Shown here: positions 11,701 to 22,772 of the stretch, piece by piece
Position numbering within the stretch: the first letter of the stretch is position 1
How the letters are laid out: every line of letters begins with the position of its first letter
Assembly: GCF_009914755.1 (NCBI RefSeq)
Contig: NC_060933.1
Length of the DNA: 64,000 bases
From: the human T2T-CHM13v2.0 reference genome, Homo sapiens
Reading direction: 5' to 3' (one strand)
Translations under genes and position numbers: made by a program
The notes under the pieces: generated by a model
The model's database searches: none
Told to the model about the DNA's origin: nothing
The model's input: the letters and a program-made list of their open reading frames with translations, nothing else

Positions 11701-14700
11701 TGGTTCTTGTTGCTACACAGTCTCCTCTAATAGAGTGATCCTCTTATTATATGAACACTTGATCTATTTTACATCTCAAAATGTGTGTGTTGTGAGTGTA
11801 TAGTCAGGTTCTATGATTTCCATATCTGCAGATTCAACCAACTGTGGATCAAAAATATTTGAAGAAAATTACAACCATGAAAATAATGCAAATAACAAAC
11901 AATATAGCATAGCAACAATTTACACTGTATTAGGTATCATAAGCATTTACATGTATTAGCATTTACACTGTATTAGGTATCACAAGCAATCTATGGATGA
12001 TTTAAAGTATATAGGAGGATGTGACTAGGTTATGTGCAAATACTATGCCATTTTATATCAAGGACTTCAGCATCTGCAGATTTTGGTGTCCATGGGGGTC
12101 TTGAAATCAATCCCTGTGGATACCGAGGGAGGACTGTCTCATGAATGAGGAATTGTGTGTCTGTGTGAGTGTGAGAGAATACAGCTCCATCAGTGGGGAG
12201 ACTAAATTGACGTGTTTTAGCATCTGTACACGTGTCTGTGATGTGGCGTCATATGTATGGATGTCTTGCCATCTGCCTGCGTAGTCATGTGGATGTAATT
12301 GTGTCATTGCTGAGTCTAGGTCTGTGAGCAGGTGTGTGATGTCAGTGATTTTGTTAGAGCCGGGACCTCCAGCCTTTTTTCACTCCCAGGTCATGCTACC
12401 TAACCTCTACTAGAAGCCCCTTGAGGGCAGAAATCTTGTCTTTGAATGACTAACTGACTTTACAGTCTGTCCAGCCCCTTTCCATCCACTTCTCAATTCT
12501 GTTAAAGCCACCATTACTGCTTTCTCTCGATTACCAGACCTGAAATTTTCTTTTTTTCTTCTTCTGCAAAACCAAGGGCTGTCATTTCTATTTTGCAATT
12601 TTCTCATGGTGTTTCAATTCCAGGCCTTGGCATGCTGCTCTCCTGGATTCTTTCATCAGCCCCTGGCAGGGTCTTTGTACTTCAGTTTTCTCCTTTTCCT
12701 TGATCTATTTCCTGGCCTGCCTTCAGAGGGCTTTTTCTAAAGCATCACTTTATCTAGATACTACACTGCTTATAAACCTTCAATGGCTCCTCATGGCTCT
12801 TAAGACCCAGTCCAATCTCATTTTGTCTTGGCATTCAAAGTCCTAACTTATCCCAGTCTTGCTATCCATTATTTACTTCTCTCTAAGCCCTCTGTGTTCC
12901 CAGCCATGAGAGGCAACCACTGTGAATTGATTCAAGGTATCTGAAGAAACAGAGTTAAGTGTAGTTACTTTATTGAATTAGTAGGGACACAGAGACCTGG
13001 CCCAGAAATGGGAGAATCAGAAGAAATTGCTCCTGAACAGAGTCTTAGAGGTCCTGCAGGTACTAGCCAGGTGATAAAAGAGGTAATGACTATTCCAGAC
13101 AAGGCCAACAGCTTGCACAACAGCAAATACCTCAATACCCTGCATCTGTGATGTGGTGTCGTATGTATGGATACGACATGTAAGGAGGCTCAACAGGACA
13201 TGGGAGTAGTTGGAAAACATCAAGGCTTTCTGCTGGGAAATGAATACATTATGTGCATTTGGCACAGAGTCATGAGTACAGCAGTTTTTGAAAACCTAAA
13301 CCCAATTTCTGTGATCACCTATCCAGAATCAATAACTTGGATGGTCTTGAGGGAGTGGAGAAGCAGCCCAGAAATGAACTTATTCTGTAGTCTATTGCCT
13401 TCCTTGATATTGACAGAGCTGAAGGAATTGATCCTTTGGCAAGGCAGAAAACTGAAGGTGGAGTTCTCAAAGAGAATCAGAGAGATCTTGATTGCATCCT
13501 CTGGTGTAGGAAAGGTACCTGCCCTGGTTGGCCTCTTTTGATTTATTTAATTATCTGCTGAGAAATTTTGAACATCCTGCTTGTCTTTGGCTAAGATGAC
13601 ATTCAGCTAAGAGTTTACAACATTCCTCTTTGACTCAGAATCCCATTGTCATTAGCATGTATCTGAGCTGTGGACACATTTCCCTGTTTGCTCTGCTGGA
13701 CTTCTGTAACTTGGGCACACATTTTATTTTCATATATGGATGGATAAGTATGGTCCAGTGTGCCACTAAACATCTGGAGGTGGTGACCAAGCCTGTTGGC
13801 AGATATTGAAGACTACAACATTCCAAGAGTCCGCAAGAAGGACGTCATTTGAGACTCTTTCTCCAAGAACAACATCTAAACCTTCCATTGCTGCTTCTCT
13901 TAATAACAACTCTGTCTATCACAGGAGGAAAATTATTGTGATAGGAAGCAGTAATGAATGAGGAAGAAATTTGAGAGGATGGAATAATAGCTTATTTGAG
14001 AAAAGGTTTATGCATTACAGCTGTCCTAATGCCTGCTCTCAGGATGGTTCCTGGGAACACCAGGCCAATGCAATGTCTTCTGTGTTCCAGCCCTGACTCA
14101 TCTCCATCACTTCTTGTTATTCTGGGGGCACCGAAGAGGTGTTGGCTCCTAAGAGGTGCTGGTCATGGCAACATTAGCCTCCAATTGAATAGACATGGTG
14201 TCTGATAATGAGATTATTCCTACATACATATCTTTTCAAACCACTGGCTGAAATCCAGGATCGAATTTTATTATTTATTTGTGTGCTTATGACTTTTCTC
14301 GCTCTGAAAATTCAACCTGCCTACAGGTGGGGACCTATATTCCTAGTGCCTCAGTCAGTGCCTGGCACTTTTGCCAGATTATCCAACTGGCAAAATGCAC
14401 AGATTCTCAGGCATCAGGAAGGCAGAGGCAGACAAAGAGAGTCAGAGAGGGGGTGAGGATGCAGTGACTTCAGCCAGAGTTTTATAATCCAAAAATCTAG
14501 GAAAGACAACTTTTTGTTCCTATTAAAAATGTTTGTCATTTAGTACGAGGGCCTCTAAAGGTCTTCATCAGGCTCTGTGTGGAGCATAGCTGTGGCTCTA
14601 GAAAGATTTGTTGTAAGTGGCAAGGCTTAGCCAGGAGCCAGAGTCAGAAAAGCAAATGTGTATGTCCATAAGCATGCATCTTAGAGGGAGATGGGATGCT

Positions 14701-17700
14701 TGCTCCCACCAGCATATGTTAGCCCTAGCAAAAAACAGCTGGTGCTTCTCTTCCCCTACCCTCCTTAGTTCTTGTAGGTCAGGGAATTTTTCCTCTCATT
14801 TGATTTTTGTTTTTTTTTTTGTATGTTGACTGGTAATCCCTGACTCAAACTAACCATGGTCTGTTACTATAGGTATTTTTGGAATTACTTTAATTATTTA
14901 AATTGGGCAGAAGAAAGCATAAAGAGGAGATTGAAGTTTAGTGGAATGCTCCCCAGGTGCCAGGTCCTGTATTGGGCATTTATGTGTTTGCCTCATCTAA
15001 TACTCCAGCTACTTTTAAAGGAGGGGTCAGCATCACCTTTTCATGGCTTAGAATGGCACGAAAAGAGGTCAAGCAACTGTCCAAGGTCAAAGAGTGCATG
15101 GAGGGCTTGGGATCTGAACCTTTAGACCAAGTACAGACTCTGGCACATATTGGGAGCTTCATAAACATCAGCTCAGTGTACAATAGATGAACAAGCCTGA
15201 AGCAAGATAATCTTTGAGATTTCCTGGCATTTCCCCAGAAAAATCCCCTAAGTATATTTTAATTAATGATCCACATAGCCTTTCCTCTCATGTACTATAG
15301 TCACTCTCTATCTCTATTCATAAACAGGGAGAGATATTCATCTCTTGCTGTCATAAATGCTGTAATTGCAAAGGCATAAATGTTTTATGATCCAAAACAT
15401 CCTCCCAGCACTTCCAGGAGAAATATGCAGATGTTTGCCTCTTTGTCTCTTCCTTCTGCTTCTGCCTGTTTATACTTGCCCAAGGATAACGCCAACCTGG
15501 AAATGTTTTATTCTGAGGTCATTTCATTTCATCATCCTCCAAGGTGCCCTGGATAGGGCTTTATGTGCAACATTCAGCACAGTACAAAGCAAAGATGCTG
15601 GTGTTTGCAGGTGAGCAAATTTGGAAATCCCAGCTCCATTATTTCCTGGTGCTCTGATTGTGGCATGTCACTTGACCTCAATGGAACTGTTTCCTCGTCA
15701 ATAAAAGCAGACAATAATTCTTACCTCCCAGGTCTATTGTGATGGCTCAGAAAGGCCACATATATAAGGTTCATTTTCCTCATTTCTTTGGGCTCAATAT
15801 ATGATTGTAGGCTGTATTGTTGGTTCTGCACATCCTCTTTTTGGTCTTAGGACTTCAGTTGTACACAGAAGCCACCCTTGTATCTTTTTATCACAAGGAG
15901 TAGATTTGGATGCTTTAGGAGCTCCGGGAGGCATCTGCTTTTCCCCAAGGACAGACATTCACTAGGCTTCCTCAGGCTTTTGAACTTCTGCCCTTTCAGA
16001 GTGCAAATAGATTGAGGGAATGGAATTTACGCCCCACCCACTTCACATCCCCAGCTTGTTGCTGCTGTCAGCTACAAGGAGGGGTCAGGCTGGGAGATGA
16101 CCTCTTGTAGCCAGTGTGTGGTCTGCAGTGTATGCTCCATTGGGTGCGGATGCAGGAGCTCTCCAAGCTGGCCTGGCACTCAGCGATATGTTCACTTTAC
16201 CTGGTGGTTGAGTGGATTCTGCCGTTACCAGCTGCAAGCTGCCTGGATGTCTGAGATTCACAGCCAGGCTTGCTTGCCCTTCCTGCCTCTGCACTTCCTC
16301 AGTGCACCTTCACTGCCTCTGGTTTCCCTTCCCTTTGCCCACAACCTGATCTTTGGAGTGAATATCTTCCAGGTATGCTGGTGCTTCCTGAGGTTATAGC
16401 AAGGGCATCTTCACTGAGGGATAAGGGGTCTGCAATTTACAAAGTACTTTTATCTCAACTATCTGTTTTTCTCTAGATAGCACTGAAAGAGATTATCATG
16501 ATCCCTAATCCTTCGGAAAGAGGAAACAACTTGAGTGAGATAAGAGGGCTCATCCCAGGTGGAGTGGGGAGGGGGAGGGGGAGGGAATCATGTCTGCTGA
16601 GCATCTATTCTATGGCAGCAGCTTTCTGGACATTTTGCAGAATTCTCACCATAGTGCTATATAGAAAGCGTATTAATCTCCTCATTTTATAGACAGTGAG
16701 TCTATGGCCCAGGGAGATCTAGTACATTTCCCACCCCTCCAACCCTCCCTCCATCCAGAAAACACTTAGTGAGTGCCTTCTGTGTGCCAGGTACAGATAG
16801 GTGCCCTCAGGGGAGGAAGAGGACTGGCATTTATTGAGCACTTACTATGGGGTAGGTGCTTTTCATAGTTAAATCCTCCTGCCTATCCCAGGAGGTGAAT
16901 ACTTGGTTGGACTTATTCCCAAAGGCAGACAACATAGTGATTAGGAGAAATATATACAGTGGATTTAAATCCGTGTCACAGTCTTTAACTGTGTGACTGG
17001 GCACATTGTTTAGCCTTTCCAAACCTCAGCTTCATCATCTCTAAAATGTGGATAATAATAGTAGTTTCCTCATTGTGTGATTTCCATTATTAACTGAGGT
17101 GATGCATGTAGTAATGATAGCAAACAAGTATTGCACATGTTTACCTACCAGATACCATGCTAGATGCTTTATAGGTGTGATCTCATGTACTTGTCTCAAA
17201 ACCTTTAATATGAAAATATTTAGTGTGGTTTCTGCTATATAATAAGTTATTAAGAGGTCGCAGCTGTGATGCGGTGGAGCCATGGCTTTTCCTCAAGTCT
17301 GTGTGACTCTGAAGCCCAAGCCATCACTACAAGACCCTATTGGTCTGATTGGAGACCAGGAGGCCTCAGCAGGGAAGAATGGTTCAGGAATAAAAGGCAG
17401 GAGCATTGTAGAGATTTTCAGGGAGGCATGAAGTGAGGTTGGAGGGAACCAAGGAGAATGTGGGGAGAGTGTGCAGATGATCCTGGAAGTAGAACTGAAA
17501 AGGGAAGGACAGGTTGGGCAGTGGTTAAACCCTGGGCAGGAATGCCTCCTACGGCATCCCTGAGGATTCGTTGTGAGGTACTGAGTGCCACTGCTGGGCT
17601 TGGGCTGAGTCACCTTGGTGCATTCTGCTTTGCCTGCACAGACTTTGTGTGCCAGAGCTGTGCCCAGAGAGGATGGAGGCCTGGTCTCAGGGCACCTGGG

Positions 17701-20700
17701 CCCAGAGTAAGGCCTGTGGACCCAATCTGAGGGCAGTGGAAGATACTGTAGGGCCCAAAGAATGCCCAGCCTACAGGGCTGTCAAGTGCAGCTGGGTAAA
17801 AAATGGATTGAGGAATTAGTGGGGGTTGGGAGGCAAGACCTGGGTGGGGAATGAAACACAGAGAGAGCTCATAAACATGGACCAAGAAAATCCCTCTAGT
17901 ATCAACACCTACTCTCTGGCCAGGCGATGGCAAATTCCAGGGCAGGTGAAGAAGTTGTCTTCTATGATGTGATTTCCCTGAGCGGGGAAATTCCCTGGTC
18001 ATAATAATAATAATTGTTAACATTTACTAATCCCTCACTCCTTGACAGACACTTCAAATACTTTATTTCTAATTATTCCCATTTTATACATAAAGAAGCC
18101 GAGGCCCGAAAGGGTTAGGTAACATGGTTAAGAAGTGTCTAGGCCAGAATTCAAGCTGGATTTTAACTTTCAACCCTAAACTCTTCCAAGATACGTCTGT
18201 CTAATATTCTGCAGAAATCTAAAGGACCTAACAGTTTTATTATTTCTATACTTTTTTGTATAGGTAGCATACACATTTTGTATGGAAGAGGCTAGGTTTA
18301 TAAATGACTCCCTCCTTCCCTTGCTGACAAGCCACCCAGTTTTCTACCAGGATGCTAGCAGAATTACTACTTTCTTTTGTGCGCTTCCTGAGATATAACA
18401 TGCATTTCCAAATATGTTCATATAGGTAAATATTTTCATAAAAGGAATGTACCACATTATATATGCTGTTAACGCACTTTGCTTTTTTTTCAGTTAACTT
18501 GTGTGCAATGGGTTGTATTTGCTTGGCTGCATAAGAGGGTGAGATATTTATCTTTGCCATCTCTTGGTAGATTGCCTGTGATGTGCATCACATTCTGGTT
18601 TAATGCTTATTCAACAATAAAACTGTTTTCTTTCTCTACTACCTTTGTGGAGAGGATTTCTAGATTGGGAGAAGACTTTGGTTTTTTTTGTTTTTGTTTT
18701 TGTTTTTGAGACGGAGTCTTGCTCTGTCACCCAGGCTGGAGTGAGCTGGCGTGATCTCAGCTCACTGCAACCTCCGCCTCCCGGGTTCAAGTGATTATCC
18801 TGACTCAGCCTCCTGAGTAGCTGGGACTACAGGCGCGCGCCACCACGCCCAGCTGATTTTTGTATTTTTAGTAGAGACAGGGTTTCACCATGTTAGCCAG
18901 GGTGGTCTCGATCTCCTGACCTCGTGATCCGCCTGCCTCAGCCTCCCAAAGTGCTGGGATTACAGGCATGAGCCACTGTGCCCGGCCAGATTTTGTTTTT
19001 AATTGTATTTCTGTAATGTAAGCATGCTGTGCTAGCTCTCTGATTCTTAATTCTCTCTTTGGAAAAATACAGGTAGCCTTACTCTCTGCTGGGCCAGTAG
19101 TTCTAGATGGGTGACTCTGTGGGTGGCATAAGATTTGCCATCTGAAGTTCTTCAATGGGAGAGGGGTGAGGCTCAGTAACTGGTATAGTTGTGGTAATAG
19201 TTTTCTCCATGGTATTACTGATCTCCTTCTTCCTTTGATCCATGGTGTGGCCACCTGGCACTTGGAACAGCACAAATATGGCTGCCTGAATGCACAGGGA
19301 AGGAGGCCAGATGGTCCAGTTTCAAATTGTGGCTCTGTCACCGACTAGAGGTATGGGATTGGGCAAATCTCTTCAATCCCCTGGGCCTCAGTGTCCCTAT
19401 GTGCAAAACTAGGCACTTTAGGCTAGCTGACCTTCAAAGGCCTTGTTATCTCCAATGACCTGCGATCATCTGACTGGTTTTTACCCATAATGGTGTCTGT
19501 GATCTGGACCTCAGCCACAGCTTCTAGCCCAGGTGCCTTCCTTCCCTCCTCCAGAAAGCTTTTCCTGAACCACCCCTGTCTCTGTGGCTGGGCCGGGAGA
19601 GCATCTGAAATTCCATAGCACCTCTCTGTTGAAATAGCCTATTTCCTGAGGCCAACATCAAATTTTCTCTGTAGTTGCCTGGTGCCTGGGGTAGAGTGAT
19701 GATCACGTCACAGCCACCATGTGCATGCGGCTCTCCCCACATTTCTAACATACACAATGCTCCTTCTGCACACGCCTTATTGGTGCTGTCAGAGTATTGA
19801 TATTAATACCCCCTTCAGAGAAAAGGAAAAAGGCTCAAAGAAATGAAGCCACATGCCTATTTTCATAGCTGGAAGTGAGCCACATTTCACTGTATGTTTA
19901 CCCAAGTTCTCCTTGGTGCCCTGGTTTTCCCTCCTTGAATCCAGTCTTTTCCCATCTCCTCTGAGCCATTTCTTCTCCATCAGTCCCTCCAGATCCTCTC
20001 TCAGCCCTTCCTGACCCTGCTCTGTCCTGTGAAGCTGACTCCTGGCTCAGTTGCCCCTGGACCTTTGAGCTCTGGCTTCCTCCTGAGCCTGGTCAATGGG
20101 ATTGGATTGGAGGCAGGGTGGGGGATGGGGGAGCAGTCAGCATTCCCTCCTTCCTTCTGTGCTCTTGCTGCTGTTTTGGCAGTGACTGCCTTTCTCCCCA
20201 GAGCCCTTAGGTCTTCCAGGCAGGCCCTCTCCTAGGCTTTAGTTCTCTCTGGGTTTCTCTAACACTTCTCCCTCCATGTGCCCTTCATGCCAAGGCATGG
20301 TTGCTGGTTTCCCACTGTTGCTAGTGCTGGATGTTCCAGCCCTTTCAGTTCCCTTCAATCCGTCTGCATCTCAGCAAAGAGGCCCTTCTTTAAATCCCTT
20401 CAAACTCTTTAAATATTCTTCTACAAATGCACTTTCTTGAGTGAGCCAGCTGTTTCTTTTCAGGACCCTGATTGCTACATGAGCCCAGCCTCACCCCCAT
20501 TTCCCTCTCCTTTTCTTCTGACACACTAAGAAGTTACAGAGCCTGGGCAAACCAGAGCTGCAATCATCCCCACACATCTGCTCTCCAGGAAGATGAGTTT
20601 AATGATAATGGAATGGATGGTGTCAGCCTTATTCATTTCTTGAGCATCTGCAATTGGATAGGCACAGTGATAGATTCAGGTAGGGGCAGTAGCAGTGAGT

Positions 20701-22449
20701 AAAAAAGACCCCGTGCCTTCCTTCACCGAGCTTCCCGTCTAGTGACAGTGCATGTCTCCATCTCACCTTCTGGCTGGGCAAGTCATGGATCCTCCCTGGT
20801 CTGTAACATTCTGCTTGCTGGTCTTCTAGATAGACAAAGGCAGTCCTCGCCTTCTGCTGACCAAGGGCTCTCAGACATCATCTTGATCGTGGGAACCTGT
20901 CATGCCTCTGGGCTTCCTTCAGACCCCAGTGCAGGTTTCTGGAGGCCACTCAGTGTCTCATTCAAGGACAACTATCTCCTTCTGGCTAAAGAGGGACAGA
21001 GTCCCAGAGCACCAACTGGGCGCTGCAGTTTGACTTCCAGCAGAAACTGGCCCCTTGGTGGTCAAAGGGTCAAAGTCTGACTTCCCATGACCTGCGGTTC
21101 TTCTTTAACATAAACAGCATTTCCGGTTTGTCTGCATATTTCTACATTTTATGAGCAATGGCATCTGGCCATGAACGCTGCTGCCTGAATCACAGTCTGT
21201 TTGTTGACCCTGATGGGGCAGCGAGAATTACAGATTTTCCATGGCTTACTTGTGGTGTCTATGCTTTGAAACTGGCCAGGATTGCTTAGAGGCCAGGTTT
21301 CCAGTTAAACCCATTGAAAACCCATTTTTTTCCCTTTGCAATTTAATACTTTGAACTGAAATGAAATCAGCCACCATAGATTATGAAGGGACATTTTTAA
21401 AAAGGATATTACTGGAAAGACTCATTCCTTAGGTTTTGAGGTACATCTTTGTTGTTCCCAGCCAAGAATTATGTTTTCTTCTTGACACCTATCGCTGCCC
21501 CTACCATTGTTCTCCCTAGACTTCATATTCTTTTTCTGACTAGGCTTCTCCCAGGCCTCAGCAAGACCTTAGAGATAGACAACCAGGCAGGAGGTTCTTT
21601 CTTAAGCTCTAAAAAGAGAAAAAGTTCTAAACCCAAGAAAAAGAGTGGGTAAAGAAATTATAGCATCCACATATAGGAATGTGTATCTATAGCATCATGT
21701 TGTTGTGAATTCATTAGCATATAAATAAAATCATAATATATTAGCAGACTCAGAATAATCTCGTCTCATTAAAAAATCCGTTTTATATCTGGCATATAAT
21801 TCTGTACAGAATTATATATCCCAAACTGTTAACAGTGGTCAGCTATAAGAGTTATGGGTAATGATGACTTTCTTCCTCTCCTTATCTGTATTTTCTAACT
21901 TTTTTCAATGACCGTGTTAGTTATGTAATTTTAAGTTTTTTTCTTAAATAAAAAGAATCTTCCCAAATTACCAGTATACTATGATTATAATTATCTAAAA
22001 AATATGAGGCTGAAGGTTATCCCCACAGTAAAAGAAGGGACTGTTCATTCCCTAGAAATATTGAGAATAAACACCAAATTGAACCTCTCCACCCCTCCCA
22101 CTCTACATTTCCTCTGCATGTAGAAACAAGAAATGTGATACATCAAGAAACTCTATCCTCTGTCCAGAGCTGAAATAGTTGCCACTCACTGCAGAGAGTC
22201 CACTGATCCTCCCCAAGGTCAGAGTGCCATGTGGCTTACCTGGAACTGCACACAGGCCTCTCCCTGGGCCCGGAGCTGGCTGACAAGCAGGTATGTGGTG
22301 AGTCCTGCAAGGAAGGGGAGCAACACCAGGCAGCAGGTGAGAGCCCAGCGTGCGCTGCTGCTCCTGGCCTTGGGCCTGCAGCTGCCGTGCTCTGGCAGCA
22401 TTTCCACACTGGCTGTTTCCCCAAAGCTCAGTCCCAGATCCTCGGCCAT
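6893..22449 (-). CDS. TNFSF15: TNF superfamily member 15 (TL1A / VEGI-251), spliced CDS join(22240..22449, 9963..10005, 8844..8891, 6893..7347), 251 aa
   Basis: 210+43+48+455=756 nt, open frame [22 protein letters not shown]...[20 protein letters not shown] (TM)...[34 protein letters not shown]...KTFFGAFLL*. All introns GT..AG. TNF homology domain motifs [31 protein letters not shown]. Confidence 0.99.
8535..8635 (+). mobile_element. Short L1 3'-region fragment
   Basis: gatacctgcactcacatgcttattgcagcactattcacaat...atggaatcaacttaagtgttcatcaacagatgaatagataagg is the L1 ORF2-end/3'UTR signature. Confidence 0.8.
8636..8703. repeat. Compound (TG)n/(TA)n/(CA)n microsatellite in intron 3
   Basis: gtgtgtgtgtgtgtatatacatatgtgtgtacacaca... 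with about 19 CA units. Confidence 0.95.
8844..8891 (-). CDS. TNFSF15: TNFSF15 exon 3 (48 nt)
   Basis: ttacag|ATGCACCTCTTAGAGCAGACGGAGATAAGCCAAGGGCACACCTGACAG|gtaagc. Confidence 0.98.
8844..8967 (-). CDS. TNFSF15: First coding exon of the VEGI-192 isoform (extended exon 3), spliced to exon 4
   Basis: ATG in good context (ggcgccATGc). [41 protein letters not shown]; 124+455=579 nt = 192 aa + stop. Confidence 0.85.
9570..9785 (-). mobile_element. MIR SINE
   Basis: ccatttttacaggtgaataaa...cagaga...atttgcccaaaggtcacac MIR core motif. Confidence 0.65.
9963..10005 (-). CDS. TNFSF15: TNFSF15 exon 2 (43 nt), containing the stalk/shedding region
   Basis: ttcccaatag|GCTCTAAAAGGACAGGAGTTTGCACCTTCACATCAGCAAGTTT|gtaagt. 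Confidence 0.98.
10845..11640 (+). mobile_element. L1MA-type 3' fragment with A-rich tail
   Basis: gttggtgggaatataaattagtacagccactatggaaaa...tgatggataccccaaataccctgacttgatcattacaca...atcaataaaaaataaaa. Confidence 0.9.
11802..12136 (+). mobile_element. MER2-like (Tigger-derived) DNA transposon
   Basis: gcagattcaaccaactgtggatcaaaaatatt...tactatgccattttatatcaaggacttcagcatc...ggataccgagggaggactg. Confidence 0.8.
17984..17995. promoter_or_regulatory. Strong NF-kB-type site in intron 1
   Basis: GGGGAAATTCCC matches the GGGRNWYYCC consensus. Function is inferred only. Confidence 0.5.
18500..19020 (+). mobile_element. ERV1-type LTR 3' fragment (MER34/MER39-like), interrupted by an Alu
   Basis: gcatcacattctggtttaatgcttattcaacaataaaactgttttctttctctactacctttgtggagagg; the LTR-like sequence resumes after the Alu. 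Confidence 0.55.
18681..18987 (-). mobile_element. Full-length AluS (Sc/Sg-like)
   Basis: Reverse-complement Alu with a (TTTTTG)n tail and a TSD-like aga(c/t)ttt on both sides. Confidence 0.95.
22240..22449 (-). CDS. TNFSF15: TNFSF15 exon 1 coding part (cytoplasmic tail and transmembrane anchor)
   Basis: ATG in strong Kozak context (agcATGG); 70 codons; donor CAG|gtaagc. Confidence 0.99.
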
Positions 22450-22652
22450 GCTCCTGCTGCTCCTGGAGGCACCTCTGACTCCTGGGCAGAGAGAGCCCCC
22501 ATTAAATAGAAGACCAGCTCTCACAGTGGGTGACTTAATCACTCAGTCTCCTCCTTCCCTTTTCCTCTCCCCTCCCCTCTTCAAGAGCACACTGTGGCCC
22601 TACCCTGCTAGAGAATGCACCGCCTACAACAGAAACCAAGTTTGGTTTGAGG

Positions 22653-22695
22653 AAAAAAAAAAAAAAAAAAAAAGAAGAAGAAGGAGAAGAAGAAA
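22653..22695. repeat. Poly(A)/(AAG)n purine tract in the promoter
   Basis: About 21 A followed by gaagaagaaggagaagaagaaa. Confidence 0.9.
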
Positions 22696-22762
22696 GCTTT
22701 CCCAAGCATATTTATATACAGTATGCTCATGTGCTCCTTCCTTCGTTTACAGAAGGAAGTTA

Positions 22763-22772
22763 GGAAAGTCCC
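22763..22772 (-). promoter_or_regulatory. Canonical NF-kB site GGGACTTTCC
   Basis: Exact Ig-kappa/HIV-type kB decamer about 0.3 kb upstream of the ATG. TL1A is known to be TNF/IL-1/LPS inducible. Confidence 0.8.

Noticed and set aside
22450-22542. 31-codon N-terminal extension of TL1A in the ORF track
   Set aside because: Starts at a non-ATG codon upstream of the TATA-like element; the ATG at 22449 has strong Kozak context.
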